This document shows positions 1 through 9,585 of a DNA stretch of 64,000 bases, one piece after another. Below the pieces are notes generated by a model. The model made no database searches, was not told the DNA's origin, and saw nothing but the letters and a program-made list of their open reading frames with translations. The stretch is from an uncultured Pseudomonadota bacterium (lineage in GTDB: Bacteria > Oederibacteriota > Muellerivitia > Muellerivitales > Muellerivitaceae), in the NCBI GenBank assembly GCA_963770835.1, contig CAVYRH010000005.1, forward strand, positions 256,001-320,000, written 5' to 3'. A program made the position numbers and the translations under genes. Position 1 is the first letter of the stretch, and each line of letters opens with the position of its first letter.

Positions 1-1
1 T

Positions 2-658
2 GCCCATGTCGGAAGCCAAATGACCCAGATTAACTCGGTCGGCCAAGCCGCCAAGGTTATTGAAAAACTGGTACTTCAACTTCGGCGGGAAGGTTTTCCC
101 ATCCACACCGTCAATTTGGGCGGCGGTTACGGCATTGATTACCATGGCGAAGAGCCTCCCAAGCCTTCCCAGTATGCGGCATTGGTGGTTCCTGTTATCA
201 AGCGCCTCAATGCCACGCTGGTGTTGGAACCTGGCCGCTATATATCCGGCAATTCGGGAGCGCTCTTAACCCGCGTTACTTACGTGAAACAAAGCGGCAC
301 CAAGACCTTTTATATTGTGGATGCGGGAATGGGTGAGCTCATCCGCCCCGCCCTTTATGAGGCTTATCACCGCATCGCCCCGGCTGAGGGACCCCAAAAA
401 CCGCTTAGAAAAGTGGATGTGGTGGGGCCCATTTGCGAATCCACGGACTTCTTTGCCAAGGGCCGCCAACTACCCAACATGAAACGCGGAGATTTGATGG
501 TTATTTTCTCCGCTGGGGCTTATGGCAGTGTCATGGGGAGCACTTATAACTCCCGGCCCCTGCCACCGGAAGTGGTTGTCCGCGGCAACAAGTTCTCGGT
601 GGCACGCCGGCGGCAGACTTGGCAGGATTTGGTCCGGCTGGAAAAAATCCTCTCCTGA
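2..658 (+). CDS. lysA: diaminopimelate decarboxylase, C-terminal part (truncated by window start)
   Basis: HVGSQ, NLGGG, EPGR, GPICESTD and GAYG...YNSRP motifs; dap context. Confidence 0.95.
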   Translation, partial: AHVGSQMTQINSVGQAAKVIEKLVLQLRREGFPIHTVNLGGGYGIDYHGEEPPKPSQYAALVVPVIKRLNATLVLEPGRYISGNSGALLTRVTYVKQSGTKTFYIVDAGMGELIRPALYEAYHRIAPAEGPQKPLRKVDVVGPICESTDFFAKGRQLPNMKRGDLMVIFSAGAYGSVMGSTYNSRPLPPEVVVRGNKFSVARRRQTWQDLVRLEKILS

Positions 659-778
659 CTTAGCCCCCCGCAAACTTTACTTGCGATGACTGTCAAAATT
701 TCCTAATATAACTTTCCAACAACATTAACCCCCGCTTGGGGGTTTTATTATTTTGGGTGCAAAGGATCGGTAAAAAGA

Positions 779-1675
779 ATGTTTCGAGGTGCCTACACCG
801 CGCTGGTGACGCCTTTCAAAAACGGGCTGGTGGATTATGCCGCCCTGGAAGCCTTGATTGAAAACCAAGTTTCCAAGGGCATTGACGGCCTCGTGCCCTG
901 CGGCACGACGGGCGAATCGCCCACTCTCAACGAAAAAGAACATGGGGAAGTCATCGCCTTCACGGTGAAGACCGTCCACAAAAGGGTCCCTGTCATCGCC
1001 GGAACCGGATCCAATTCCACAGGAGAAGCCATTGAATTAACCAAGCGCGCTAAGCAAGTCGGGGCGGATGCCGCCCTTTTGGTTTGTCCCTATTACAACA
1101 AACCCAGTCAGAAGGGTTTGATCGCGCATTTCACAGCCGTTGCCGACGCCGTTGAGATCCCCCAGATCCTCTACAACATTCCGGGACGATCGGTTGTCAA
1201 CATGGCCCCCGAAACGATCGCGGAGCTTTCCCGTCACGGCAACATCGTGGGGGTCAAGGAAGCCAGCGGAAACCTTGAACAAATGATCCGGATTAAGGCT
1301 CTTTGCGACCCCGATTTTTCCCTCATTTCAGGTGACGACACCTTGACCCTTCCTATCCTTTCGGTGGGCGGCGTTGGCGTGATCTCGGTGACATCTCACT
1401 TGATCCCGGCGGAAACCTCCCGGATGGTCCATTCCTACCTAGAAGGAAAGACCGAGGAGTCCCGCGACCTATTCATGAAGTACTTCGACCTGGTCAAGGC
1501 TGTTATGACCGCAGACGCCAATCCGGTCGGAATCAAGACCGCGCTGGCCCTGCGTGGCCAAATCAAGGAGGAACTCCGCCTGCCTTTGGTTCCTCCCTCA
1601 ACCGAAGCCCGGGAGGCTATCCGAGTCCAACTGGACCGGCACGGATTACTGGCACCCGCCGGGCAACGCCGATGA
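779..1675 (+). CDS. dapA: 4-hydroxy-tetrahydrodipicolinate synthase
   Basis: GTTGES, YNIPGRS and GVKEA motifs. Confidence 0.97.
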   Translation: MFRGAYTALVTPFKNGLVDYAALEALIENQVSKGIDGLVPCGTTGESPTLNEKEHGEVIAFTVKTVHKRVPVIAGTGSNSTGEAIELTKRAKQVGADAALLVCPYYNKPSQKGLIAHFTAVADAVEIPQILYNIPGRSVVNMAPETIAELSRHGNIVGVKEASGNLEQMIRIKALCDPDFSLISGDDTLTLPILSVGGVGVISVTSHLIPAETSRMVHSYLEGKTEESRDLFMKYFDLVKAVMTADANPVGIKTALALRGQIKEELRLPLVPPSTEAREAIRVQLDRHGLLAPAGQRR

Positions 1676-2493
1676 ACCTCCGGCTCGCCGTTTCCGGCGC
1701 TACCGGGCGGATGGGCCACACTATTCTGGAATTGGCCTCCCAAGACCCCCAGTTTGAGATCGCGGGTGCCCTCGAAAATGCCTCCCATCCTTCTATCGGC
1801 AAGTCCTTGAATGAAGTTTTGCCCTCCGTTGCCAAGGTCAAAAATCCGGTTGCAGCGGTTTTGCCGCAAATAACTCCCAAACCTGATGTTTTGGTCGACT
1901 TCACCCAGCCCCAAGCCACCATGGGTTACCTGCATGAAGCCATGACTTTGGGTATCAATATGGTTATTGGGACAACGGGATGCAACGAAGGGGAGAAAGA
2001 ACAAATCCGCGAGGCCTCCACGAAAATTGCGATTGTCATGGCCTCGAATTTCAGCATTGGAATGAACGTTCTTTTCGCCCTGGTTGAGGAAGCTGCGGCC
2101 AAATTAGGTCGGAATTACGATGTTGAAATAATGGAAGCCCACCACCATTTCAAGAAAGACGCCCCTTCGGGTTCCGCTTTGAGCCTTGGGGAAGCCGTGG
2201 CCCGGGCTTGGAAAGTGAATTTGAAGGATGTGGCCACCCATGGACGGCAGGGACAGGTAGGGGAACGAAAGAACGGCGCCATTGGTTTCCACGCGATCCG
2301 GGGCGGGGACATCGTGGGAGACCATACGGTTCTTTACGCCGGACCGGGGGAAAGGTTGGAATTGACCCACCGTGCCCATAGCCGGGAAGCCTTTGCCCAG
2401 GGCGCCCTCAAGGCCACCCTTTTTGTTGCGGGTAAGAAGAACGGTCTTTACGACATGGGGGACGTCCTTGGCCTGCGTTCCGCCGATAAATAA
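1672..2493 (+). CDS. dapB: 4-hydroxy-tetrahydrodipicolinate reductase
   Basis: GATGRMG, IGTTG and EAHHHFKKDAPSGSA motifs; ATGA overlap with dapA. Confidence 0.97.
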   Translation: MNLRLAVSGATGRMGHTILELASQDPQFEIAGALENASHPSIGKSLNEVLPSVAKVKNPVAAVLPQITPKPDVLVDFTQPQATMGYLHEAMTLGINMVIGTTGCNEGEKEQIREASTKIAIVMASNFSIGMNVLFALVEEAAAKLGRNYDVEIMEAHHHFKKDAPSGSALSLGEAVARAWKVNLKDVATHGRQGQVGERKNGAIGFHAIRGGDIVGDHTVLYAGPGERLELTHRAHSREAFAQGALKATLFVAGKKNGLYDMGDVLGLRSADK

Positions 2494-2519
2494 TTCCACG
2501 ATCTTAAGGCCGAAATTCC

Positions 2520-3299
2520 ATGAGAATTGCAAGACTTCTTCATAACAACAAACCTCGGTGGGCAATGCTGCTGGAATCGGTGGATACCTACCGTTGTTTT
2601 ACCTCGGATGAGCCCTGGAACGATCCAACAATGGATTCGAAATCCAACCCCCTGAAGCCCTTCCAATTGCTGGCTCCGGCCACTCCCACCAAGATCGTTG
2701 CGGTCGGCCTAAATTACCAGGATCACATCCAGGAAATGAAGCACGAGGACCATAAGGATCCTGTTCTCTTCTTGAAGCCCCCTTCCTCTTTATTGAATCC
2801 CGATGGCAAAATCCTGTATCCTCCCTCATCTTCCCGCGTGGACTACGAGGCTGAATTGGCGGTGGTTTTGAAGTCCAGGCTGAGGAATGCGTCTCCGGAG
2901 GAGGCTTTGGAGGCAGTTTGGGGGTTTACCTGCTGCAACGATGTGACCGCCCGCGATTTGCAGAAGACCGACGGCCAATGGACCCGGGCCAAGGGTTTTG
3001 ATGGTTTTTGTCCGCTGGGACCCTGGCTAGTGACGGATTTCAGGGAAGGGAACCAAAGAATCCTCACCCGCGTGAATGGAGAAGTGAAACAGGATTCCAG
3101 GATTTCCAAAAGGATTTGGAACACCGCCCAGCTTCTTTCCTTTGCCTCCCAGGTCATGACTCTGGAACCTTTGGATGTTTTCACAACTGGTACTCCCTCA
3201 GGCATCGGGCCTGTTAAACCCGGTGACACGGTGGAAATTGAGGTCGAGGGAATCGGCGTGCTTCGTAATATGATAGCCCTCAATAATCTCGGAGGATGA
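2520..3299 (+). CDS. fumarylacetoacetate hydrolase family protein
   Basis: VGLNY, FLKP, DYEAEL, NDVTARD and TGTPSG motifs. Confidence 0.93.
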   Translation: MRIARLLHNNKPRWAMLLESVDTYRCFTSDEPWNDPTMDSKSNPLKPFQLLAPATPTKIVAVGLNYQDHIQEMKHEDHKDPVLFLKPPSSLLNPDGKILYPPSSSRVDYEAELAVVLKSRLRNASPEEALEAVWGFTCCNDVTARDLQKTDGQWTRAKGFDGFCPLGPWLVTDFREGNQRILTRVNGEVKQDSRISKRIWNTAQLLSFASQVMTLEPLDVFTTGTPSGIGPVKPGDTVEIEVEGIGVLRNMIALNNLGG

Positions 3300-3300
3300 A

Positions 3301-4464
3301 ATGGATTTTCCCCAGGCCGACCGCTTAAAAAAACTCCCTCCCTATCTCTTCATCGAAATGGACCGGAAAAAGAAGGCCGCCATCGAAAAGGGAGTGGACA
3401 TTATCAGTCTGGCTATCGGCGATCCCGACTTGGCCACGCCGGATTTCATCATTGAGGCTCTTTACAAGGCCGCCAAAGACAAAGCCAACCATCAATATCC
3501 ACTGGGGAGCGGCTTGCCGAAGTTCCGGGAGACCGTGGCCCATTGGTATGACCGCCGTTTCGAGGTGAATCTGGACCCCAAGGATGAAGTGGTGGCCCTG
3601 ATTGGTTCAAAGGAAGGCATCGGCCACTTACCCATCGGCGTCATCAACCCGGGAGACGTGGTTCTGGTGCCTTCGCCGGGATACCCGGTTTACCACGCCG
3701 GTACCCTCTTCGCGGGTGGTGAGTCCTTTTTCATGCCTCTTTTGGAAAAGAACGGTTTTTTGCCCGATCTAGACGTTATTCCTGCCGACGTTTTAAAACG
3801 AGCTAAGCTGATTTGGACCAATTCACCCAATAATCCCACCTCCGCCTTGGCCGGCAGGGATTTTTACGCCAAGGTGATCGAGTTCGCGAAAAAACACAAC
3901 TTAATCGTGGCGAATGACGCGGCTTACACAGAAATTTATTATGACAATCAAAAACCCGTGAGCTTCCTGGAACTGCCCGGTGCCAAAGAAATCGGAGTGG
4001 AGTTCCACTCTCTTTCCAAAACCTTCAATATGACCGGCTGGCGCATTGGTTTCGCGGTGGGGAACAAGAGCATCGTGAAGGCCCTGGCCGAAGTGAAGGG
4101 AAACCTTGATTCGGGCGTTTTCAATCCCGTTCAATACGCGGGTATCGCGGCATTGGAAGCCCCCGATTCCGTCACCGATAACATTCGCAAGATTTACCAG
4201 GAGCGCCGGGATATCTTTGCCGCCGGCCTTAAGAAGCTGGGCTGGAAGTTCCAAATCCCCCAGGCAGCCTTTTATATGTGGATAAAGGTTCCAAATGGAA
4301 TGTCCTCGGCTGATTGGTGCGGGAAAGTACTGGAGGAAGCGGGCATCGTGGTCACGCCGGGCAACGGTTTTGGCAAGGAAGGCGAGGGCTATTTCCGTAT
4401 GACCATCACCGTGGACAAGGCGCGGTTGGAAGAAGCGCTTCAACGCTTGTCGAGACTAAAGTAA
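3301..4464 (+). CDS. dapL: LL-diaminopimelate aminotransferase (class I/II PLP aminotransferase)
   Basis: GSKEG, PNNPT, DAAY and SLSKTFNMTGWRIG motifs; in dap operon. Confidence 0.88.
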   Translation: MDFPQADRLKKLPPYLFIEMDRKKKAAIEKGVDIISLAIGDPDLATPDFIIEALYKAAKDKANHQYPLGSGLPKFRETVAHWYDRRFEVNLDPKDEVVALIGSKEGIGHLPIGVINPGDVVLVPSPGYPVYHAGTLFAGGESFFMPLLEKNGFLPDLDVIPADVLKRAKLIWTNSPNNPTSALAGRDFYAKVIEFAKKHNLIVANDAAYTEIYYDNQKPVSFLELPGAKEIGVEFHSLSKTFNMTGWRIGFAVGNKSIVKALAEVKGNLDSGVFNPVQYAGIAALEAPDSVTDNIRKIYQERRDIFAAGLKKLGWKFQIPQAAFYMWIKVPNGMSSADWCGKVLEEAGIVVTPGNGFGKEGEGYFRMTITVDKARLEEALQRLSRLK

Positions 4465-4537
4465 GTCGGCAGTCGTCAGTCGACGGTCGACAGGTTAAAT
4501 CTTAAGGCTGTCGACTGTGAACTGTCGACTGTGGACT
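4464..4537. repeat. inverted pair of 7-bp-period tandem repeats (AGTCGAC)n ... (GTCGACT)n
   Basis: AGTCGGC AGTCGTC AGTCGAC GGTCGAC AG on the left; CTGTCGA CTGTGAA CTGTCGA CTGTGGA CT on the right. Confidence 0.85.
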
Positions 4538-4545
4538 GGTGTCAA

Positions 4546-5031
4546 ATGGCGACGGTTTATCTATCCTTAGGCTCCAACCTGAGCGAGCGTGAAAAATACC
4601 TGGCGCAGGCGCGCAAGGCTATCGAAAAGTCCTTCAACCTTCCCCGTTTTTCGAAAATTTACGAAACTGAACCCGTGGACTTGCTGGATCAGCCCTGGTT
4701 TCTCAACCAAGTGGCCGAATTCCAAACCGATTTGGCGCCGGAATCTTTGCTAGAATGGGTTCGGTCTTTGGAGGCGCAGGCGGGAAGGCAAAGGCAAATT
4801 CCCAGGGGTCCTCGGACCCTGGATGTCGATATCCTCCTCTACGATGATTGGGTCCTGGAGGTGGATGCATTGGTTTTGCCCCATCCCAGGCTGGAACAAC
4901 GGCGGCACGTTCTGGTGCCCTTGGCCGAACTGGCGCCGGAACGCTGCATCCCGGTAAGCCAGCGGACGGTTTTGGAAGCCCTGGAACAGGTTATCGACAA
5001 GGCACAGGTCAAACCCCATGCTTCAACATAA
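4546..5031 (+). CDS. folK: 2-amino-4-hydroxy-6-hydroxymethyldihydropteridine pyrophosphokinase
   Basis: LSLGSNL, YETEP, FLNQV, GPRTLDVDIL and LPHPR motifs; ATG at 4546. Confidence 0.96.
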   Translation: MATVYLSLGSNLSEREKYLAQARKAIEKSFNLPRFSKIYETEPVDLLDQPWFLNQVAEFQTDLAPESLLEWVRSLEAQAGRQRQIPRGPRTLDVDILLYDDWVLEVDALVLPHPRLEQRRHVLVPLAELAPERCIPVSQRTVLEALEQVIDKAQVKPHAST

Positions 5032-5662
5032 ATACATCGCAATCGAGGGCCCAATCGGGGTGGGGAAAACCAGCCTGGCCGATATCCTCGCCAAAAAATT
5101 GAACGCCCGCCTGGTCTTGGAAGGGGCCGAGGACAATCCGTTCATCACCGATTTTTATAAAGACATCCAGAAACACGCTTTCCAGACCCAAATGTTCTTC
5201 CTCCTCTCCCGGTTCAAGCAACAGCAGGAACTGGCCCAAAACGATCTTTTCCAACAGGGACTTGTCAGCGACTACGTCTTCGCCAAGGACCGAATTTTCG
5301 CCAACCTGACCTTGGACGACAACGAATTGAAACTTTATGAGCAAATTCATAGCATCTTGGGTGGCCGCGTTTTAAAACCCGACTTCGTCATTTACCTGCA
5401 GGCTTCCACGGATGTTTTGTTGAAACGCATCGCCATGCGGGGGAGGAAGTTTGAAACCCAGATCACGGCGGACTACCTGGCGGAATTAAACCAGGCTTAC
5501 AATTATTATTTTTTCCACTATCAGGAAACCCCTTTGATGGTGATCAACACCAGTGAAATTGATTTCGTCCACCGGGATGCCGACCTGGACGATCTCCTCA
5601 ACCATTTGGGCAAGGTCACCCGGGGCACGGTCTATTACCAGCCCATTAGCGTGAAAAAGTGA
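5018..5662 (+). CDS. deoxynucleoside kinase
   Basis: IEGPIGVGKT P-loop; folK-dNK-panB synteny. Confidence 0.93.
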   Translation: MLQHKYIAIEGPIGVGKTSLADILAKKLNARLVLEGAEDNPFITDFYKDIQKHAFQTQMFFLLSRFKQQQELAQNDLFQQGLVSDYVFAKDRIFANLTLDDNELKLYEQIHSILGGRVLKPDFVIYLQASTDVLLKRIAMRGRKFETQITADYLAELNQAYNYYFFHYQETPLMVINTSEIDFVHRDADLDDLLNHLGKVTRGTVYYQPISVKK

Positions 5663-5700
5663 CATCCACCGCCAAAGAACCCAGAAAGGCATTAACCAAG

Positions 5701-6492
5701 ATGGAAAAAAGAACAACCATCCTCGACTTCCAAACCAAATGCGACCGGGGTGAAAAACTCGTGGTGGTAACCGCTTACGACTACTCCATGGCCCTGGCCG
5801 TGGACGCCGCCGGGGTCGATGCCATCCTGGTGGGCGACAGCCTTTCCACGACCATGTTGGGGCGCCCCAACACCCTTTCCACCACGATGGACGAAATGCT
5901 TCACCATACCAAAGCGGTAACCCAAGGCGTGAAAAAGGCCCTGGTGATCGGCGACATGCCTTTTCTTTCCTACCAACTGGAACTGGAACAGGCCCTGGAG
6001 AACGCGGGTGAATTCCTGACGGAAGGCGGTGCCCAGGCGGTGAAATTGGAATGGTGCCCCCAAGCCCCGGAAGTCACAGCTTTCCTGGTGGAAAATGGGA
6101 TTCCTGTCATGGGGCACGTTGGTTTTACCCCCCAGCATGTCAACCAGTTTGGCGGCTACCACCAGCAAGGCAAGGGGAAGGCCGGTGCGGCACGGCTGAT
6201 TCAACAGTCAAAAATCCTGGAAAAGGCCGGTGCTTTTTCGATTGTTCTTGAACTAGTCCCTGCCGAGGTTGCCCAGAAGATCACCCAAGCCGTGAAAATC
6301 CCGACCATCGGCATCGGCGCGGGGCCCCATTGCGATGGACAAGTCCAGGTCCTCCACGATATGCTCGGACTCTTACCGGATTTTCATCCCAAGCACGCCA
6401 AGGCCTATTTAAAACTGCACGAATCCATCAAAAAAGCCGTTCAACAGTACGCCGGGGAAGTCCGTGGCGGCAAGTTCAATCCTGGTTCATGA
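5701..6492 (+). CDS. panB: 3-methyl-2-oxobutanoate hydroxymethyltransferase
   Basis: TAYD, LVGDS, DMPF and IGIGAG..CDGQV motifs; alternative GTG start at 5659. Confidence 0.97.
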   Translation: MEKRTTILDFQTKCDRGEKLVVVTAYDYSMALAVDAAGVDAILVGDSLSTTMLGRPNTLSTTMDEMLHHTKAVTQGVKKALVIGDMPFLSYQLELEQALENAGEFLTEGGAQAVKLEWCPQAPEVTAFLVENGIPVMGHVGFTPQHVNQFGGYHQQGKGKAGAARLIQQSKILEKAGAFSIVLELVPAEVAQKITQAVKIPTIGIGAGPHCDGQVQVLHDMLGLLPDFHPKHAKAYLKLHESIKKAVQQYAGEVRGGKFNPGS

Positions 6493-7340
6493 AAATAATG
6501 AAGGTTTTCGACGATCCTCAACTCATGCAGGCGCAGTCGCGGAATTGGCGCCATGCCAAAAGCAGCATCGGCTTCGTACCAACTATGGGGGCCCTTCATG
6601 AGGGGCATTTGGAACTGGTGCGGGCTTCCCGCAAAAAAAACAACATCACGGTTGTTTCGATCTACGTGAACCCCCTTCAATTCGGCCCCAAAGAAGACTT
6701 TAGCCAATACCCCCGCACCCTTGAAGCGGACTTGGAATTGTTGAAGGCGGAAAAGGTCCACACCGTCTTCACCCCCTCGGATAAGGAAATGTACCCGAAG
6801 GGTTTTTCCACCTTGGTCGAAGTGAAGGGAACGTTGGTGCAGGGCCTCTGCGCGCCTTTCCGGCCCGGCCATTTCAACGGCGTAGCCACTATCGTGGCCA
6901 AGCTTTTGGGAGCAGTCATGCCCGACCGGCTTTACCTCGGGCAAAAGGACGCCCAGCAGTTGGCCGTCCTGCGGCAGGTGATCCGGGATCTTAACATCGC
7001 GGTGGAAACGGTGGCCTGCCCCACGGTTCGGGAACACGACGGATTGGCCATGAGTTCCCGTAACAAACGGTTGACCTTGGAGGGACGCCAAACGGCCCCG
7101 GTCCTCTATAAAGCCTTGAAAGTGGGGAAGAGCATCGTCGAATTGGGCGAAAGTAACCCCGAAAAAGTCCTGGAGGAAATCCGGAAAGTAATCGAGGTGG
7201 AAAAGAGCGTGAAGATCCAGTACTTGGAAGCGGCCGACGCCGAAACCCTCGTTCCGGCCACGGAAATCCAGCCCGGCACTATGATCGCCTTAGCCGCCTA
7301 CCTTGACAATGTCCGCTTGATTGACAATATTATTATTTAA
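6489..7340 (+). CDS. panC: pantoate-beta-alanine ligase
   Basis: VPTMGALHEGH, RPGHF, GQKDAQQ, LAMSSRN and RLIDN motifs. Confidence 0.97.
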   Translation: MKIMKVFDDPQLMQAQSRNWRHAKSSIGFVPTMGALHEGHLELVRASRKKNNITVVSIYVNPLQFGPKEDFSQYPRTLEADLELLKAEKVHTVFTPSDKEMYPKGFSTLVEVKGTLVQGLCAPFRPGHFNGVATIVAKLLGAVMPDRLYLGQKDAQQLAVLRQVIRDLNIAVETVACPTVREHDGLAMSSRNKRLTLEGRQTAPVLYKALKVGKSIVELGESNPEKVLEEIRKVIEVEKSVKIQYLEAADAETLVPATEIQPGTMIALAAYLDNVRLIDNIII

Positions 7341-7454
7341 CGATTGCCATCTACCCCAAATCATCCCTTGAAAATATTGGATCGGATTTCTTGGCTCTGG
7401 ATGCACTGTTAATTTTAGGTTACACTGTCGCCCATTCTCCACAAGGGATTAAGC

Positions 7455-7820
7455 ATGGCAAGGGTTTTCGTTAAATCCAAAATTCACAAAGCCACCGTCA
7501 CCCAGACCGACCTGGAATATGAGGGAAGCATCACGCTGGATCCGGGACTCATGAAAGCGGCCGATATCGAGCCGTTTGAGCAGGTCCATGTCCTTAACCT
7601 CAACAACGGCAACCGCCTGGAAACCTACGCGATCAAGGGAAAAGCCAACTCGGGGGTGGTTTGCCTCAACGGGGCTGCGGCCCGGCACGCCGAAAAAGGC
7701 GACCAAATCATTATTTTGACCTATGAAAGCTTTGGGGGGAAGCCGCCGGCCGGGTATGCCCCGACGGTTGTTACGGTGACGGCGAAGAACAAGGTTTTAA
7801 AAGTGAAAGGGGGACGGTAA
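7455..7820 (+). CDS. panD: aspartate 1-decarboxylase
   Basis: SKIH, YEG/SITLD autocleavage site and NGAAAR. Confidence 0.96.
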   Translation: MARVFVKSKIHKATVTQTDLEYEGSITLDPGLMKAADIEPFEQVHVLNLNNGNRLETYAIKGKANSGVVCLNGAAARHAEKGDQIIILTYESFGGKPPAGYAPTVVTVTAKNKVLKVKGGR

Positions 7821-7822
7821 CC

Positions 7823-8758
7823 ATGTCACTCGATCTTTTTTTGGATGATGAGGAACTGATCGCCCGCATCAAGAAACTCAAGAAAGAACGCAACGCTGTC
7901 ATCCTGGCCCATAGCTATGAGAGGCCGGAAGTCCAGGATATCGCCGATTACGTGGGGGACTCCCTGGAGCTTTCGCGGCTGGCCGCCAAGACGGACGCGG
8001 ACGTGATCGTGTTTTGCAGCGTGCATTTCATGGCTGAAACCGCCAAAATTCTCTCGCCCCAAAAAACGGTTCTCTTGCCAGCTTCGGAGGCGGGTTGCCC
8101 CCTGGCCGACATGATTACTCCCGCCCAATTGGAGGCCGAGAAAGCCAAACATCCACAGGCCGCTGTGGTGGCCTATGTGAACTGTTCGGCGGAGATTAAG
8201 GCCATGGCGGATGTCTGCTGTACCTCGGCCAACGCCCTGCAAGTGGTGAATTCCATGCCTCAGGAAGAGATTCTTTTCGTCCCCGACCAGCACTTGGGCC
8301 GCTTCGTCCAAAAACAGACCCATAAGAAGATGATCCTTTGGGCGGGCTGTTGCCCCACCCACCAGCGCATGAAGGTCAAGGATATCCTCGATTTGAAAAA
8401 GCAATATCCTGACGCCGAAGTGGTGGTCCATCCGGAAAGCAACGAGGATATCTGCAATATGGCGGACGCCATCCTCTCCACTTCCCAGATGCTCCGCTAT
8501 TGCCAGGCTTCCATTGTCAAAACTTTTATCATCGGCACGGAGATGGGCATGCTCCACCGCCTTCGCACCGCCATGCCGGATAAAACCTTTCTCCAGCCCA
8601 GCAAGGGGCTCATTTGCCCCAACATGAAGATGACCCAACTCGAGGATGTTTATGAGTCCTTGAAGGAATTGAAACATCCCATCGAAATCCCCGAGCCCAT
8701 CCGCGTGAAAGCCCTGAAAGCCTTGGATGGCATGCTGGCGGCGGTCCCCACGAAGTGA
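7823..8758 (+). CDS. nadA: quinolinate synthase A
   Basis: GDSL, VHFMAE, GCPLA, YVN, HPE and CPNMK motifs. Confidence 0.96.
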   Translation: MSLDLFLDDEELIARIKKLKKERNAVILAHSYERPEVQDIADYVGDSLELSRLAAKTDADVIVFCSVHFMAETAKILSPQKTVLLPASEAGCPLADMITPAQLEAEKAKHPQAAVVAYVNCSAEIKAMADVCCTSANALQVVNSMPQEEILFVPDQHLGRFVQKQTHKKMILWAGCCPTHQRMKVKDILDLKKQYPDAEVVVHPESNEDICNMADAILSTSQMLRYCQASIVKTFIIGTEMGMLHRLRTAMPDKTFLQPSKGLICPNMKMTQLEDVYESLKELKHPIEIPEPIRVKALKALDGMLAAVPTK

Positions 8759-9585
8759 AGCATCCAATTCCGAGGCGCCTCGGGATTGTTGGCTGCGGGG
8801 CCATCGGATCGCTGGTATCCCGGCTTCTCGAGAAAAAGAAATCCTCTTTCCGCGTGACGGCCGTCCTAGACAGCCTTCCTTCTTCCGCCCTGAAACTTTC
8901 CAAGAGCCTAAAATCCCGTCCCCTCGTCTGTACAAAGCTGGGCCAACTTCTGTCGAAATGCGACTTCGTCCTGGAAGCGGCGTCGGTGAAAGCCGCCCTG
9001 CCAGTTGCCGAAGCCGCCTTGAGGCGCCGCAAACCTATCGTCCTGATGAGTACGGGGGGATTTCTCCTTAACCAGAAAAAACTGTCGGTCCTAGCGCGCA
9101 AGTACCGCACCAAAATTTACCTGCCCTCGGGCGCCCTTTGCGGTTTGGATGGGCTTAAGGCCGCCCGCCAAATCGGGAAAATCAACGAATTGAGGATTAC
9201 CTCCACCAAGCCGCCCGCCGGGTTTCAGGGTGCCCCGGGACTCACCCCCGCTCAAAAACGTTTGCTTTACAAATCCAAGTCGGCTTTTTATCTTTATAAG
9301 GGTGATGTGTGGGGCGCCGTCCGGCGCTTTCCGGCCAACGTCAATGTAGCCGCCACCACCGCCTTAGCCTCCGGCAACCCCAAGAAACTCAAGGTGCAGG
9401 TTATGGCCGACCCCAAGATGAAGTCCAACCAACACGAGATCCACGTTTCGGGGGATTTTGGGGAACTTACCGCCGTAACCCGGAACCGCCCTTCCCGGCA
9501 AAACCCCAAAACCAGCGCCCTGGCCATCCAATCGGCCCTCGCCTTATTTGAGCGGCTCGAAAGCTATGTCGAGGTGGGAAATTGA
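8755..9585 (+). CDS. nadX: L-aspartate dehydrogenase
   Basis: GCGAIG, PSGALCGLD, FPANVNVAA and NPKTS motifs; coupled to nadA. Confidence 0.9.
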   Translation: MKHPIPRRLGIVGCGAIGSLVSRLLEKKKSSFRVTAVLDSLPSSALKLSKSLKSRPLVCTKLGQLLSKCDFVLEAASVKAALPVAEAALRRRKPIVLMSTGGFLLNQKKLSVLARKYRTKIYLPSGALCGLDGLKAARQIGKINELRITSTKPPAGFQGAPGLTPAQKRLLYKSKSAFYLYKGDVWGAVRRFPANVNVAATTALASGNPKKLKVQVMADPKMKSNQHEIHVSGDFGELTAVTRNRPSRQNPKTSALAIQSALALFERLESYVEVGN

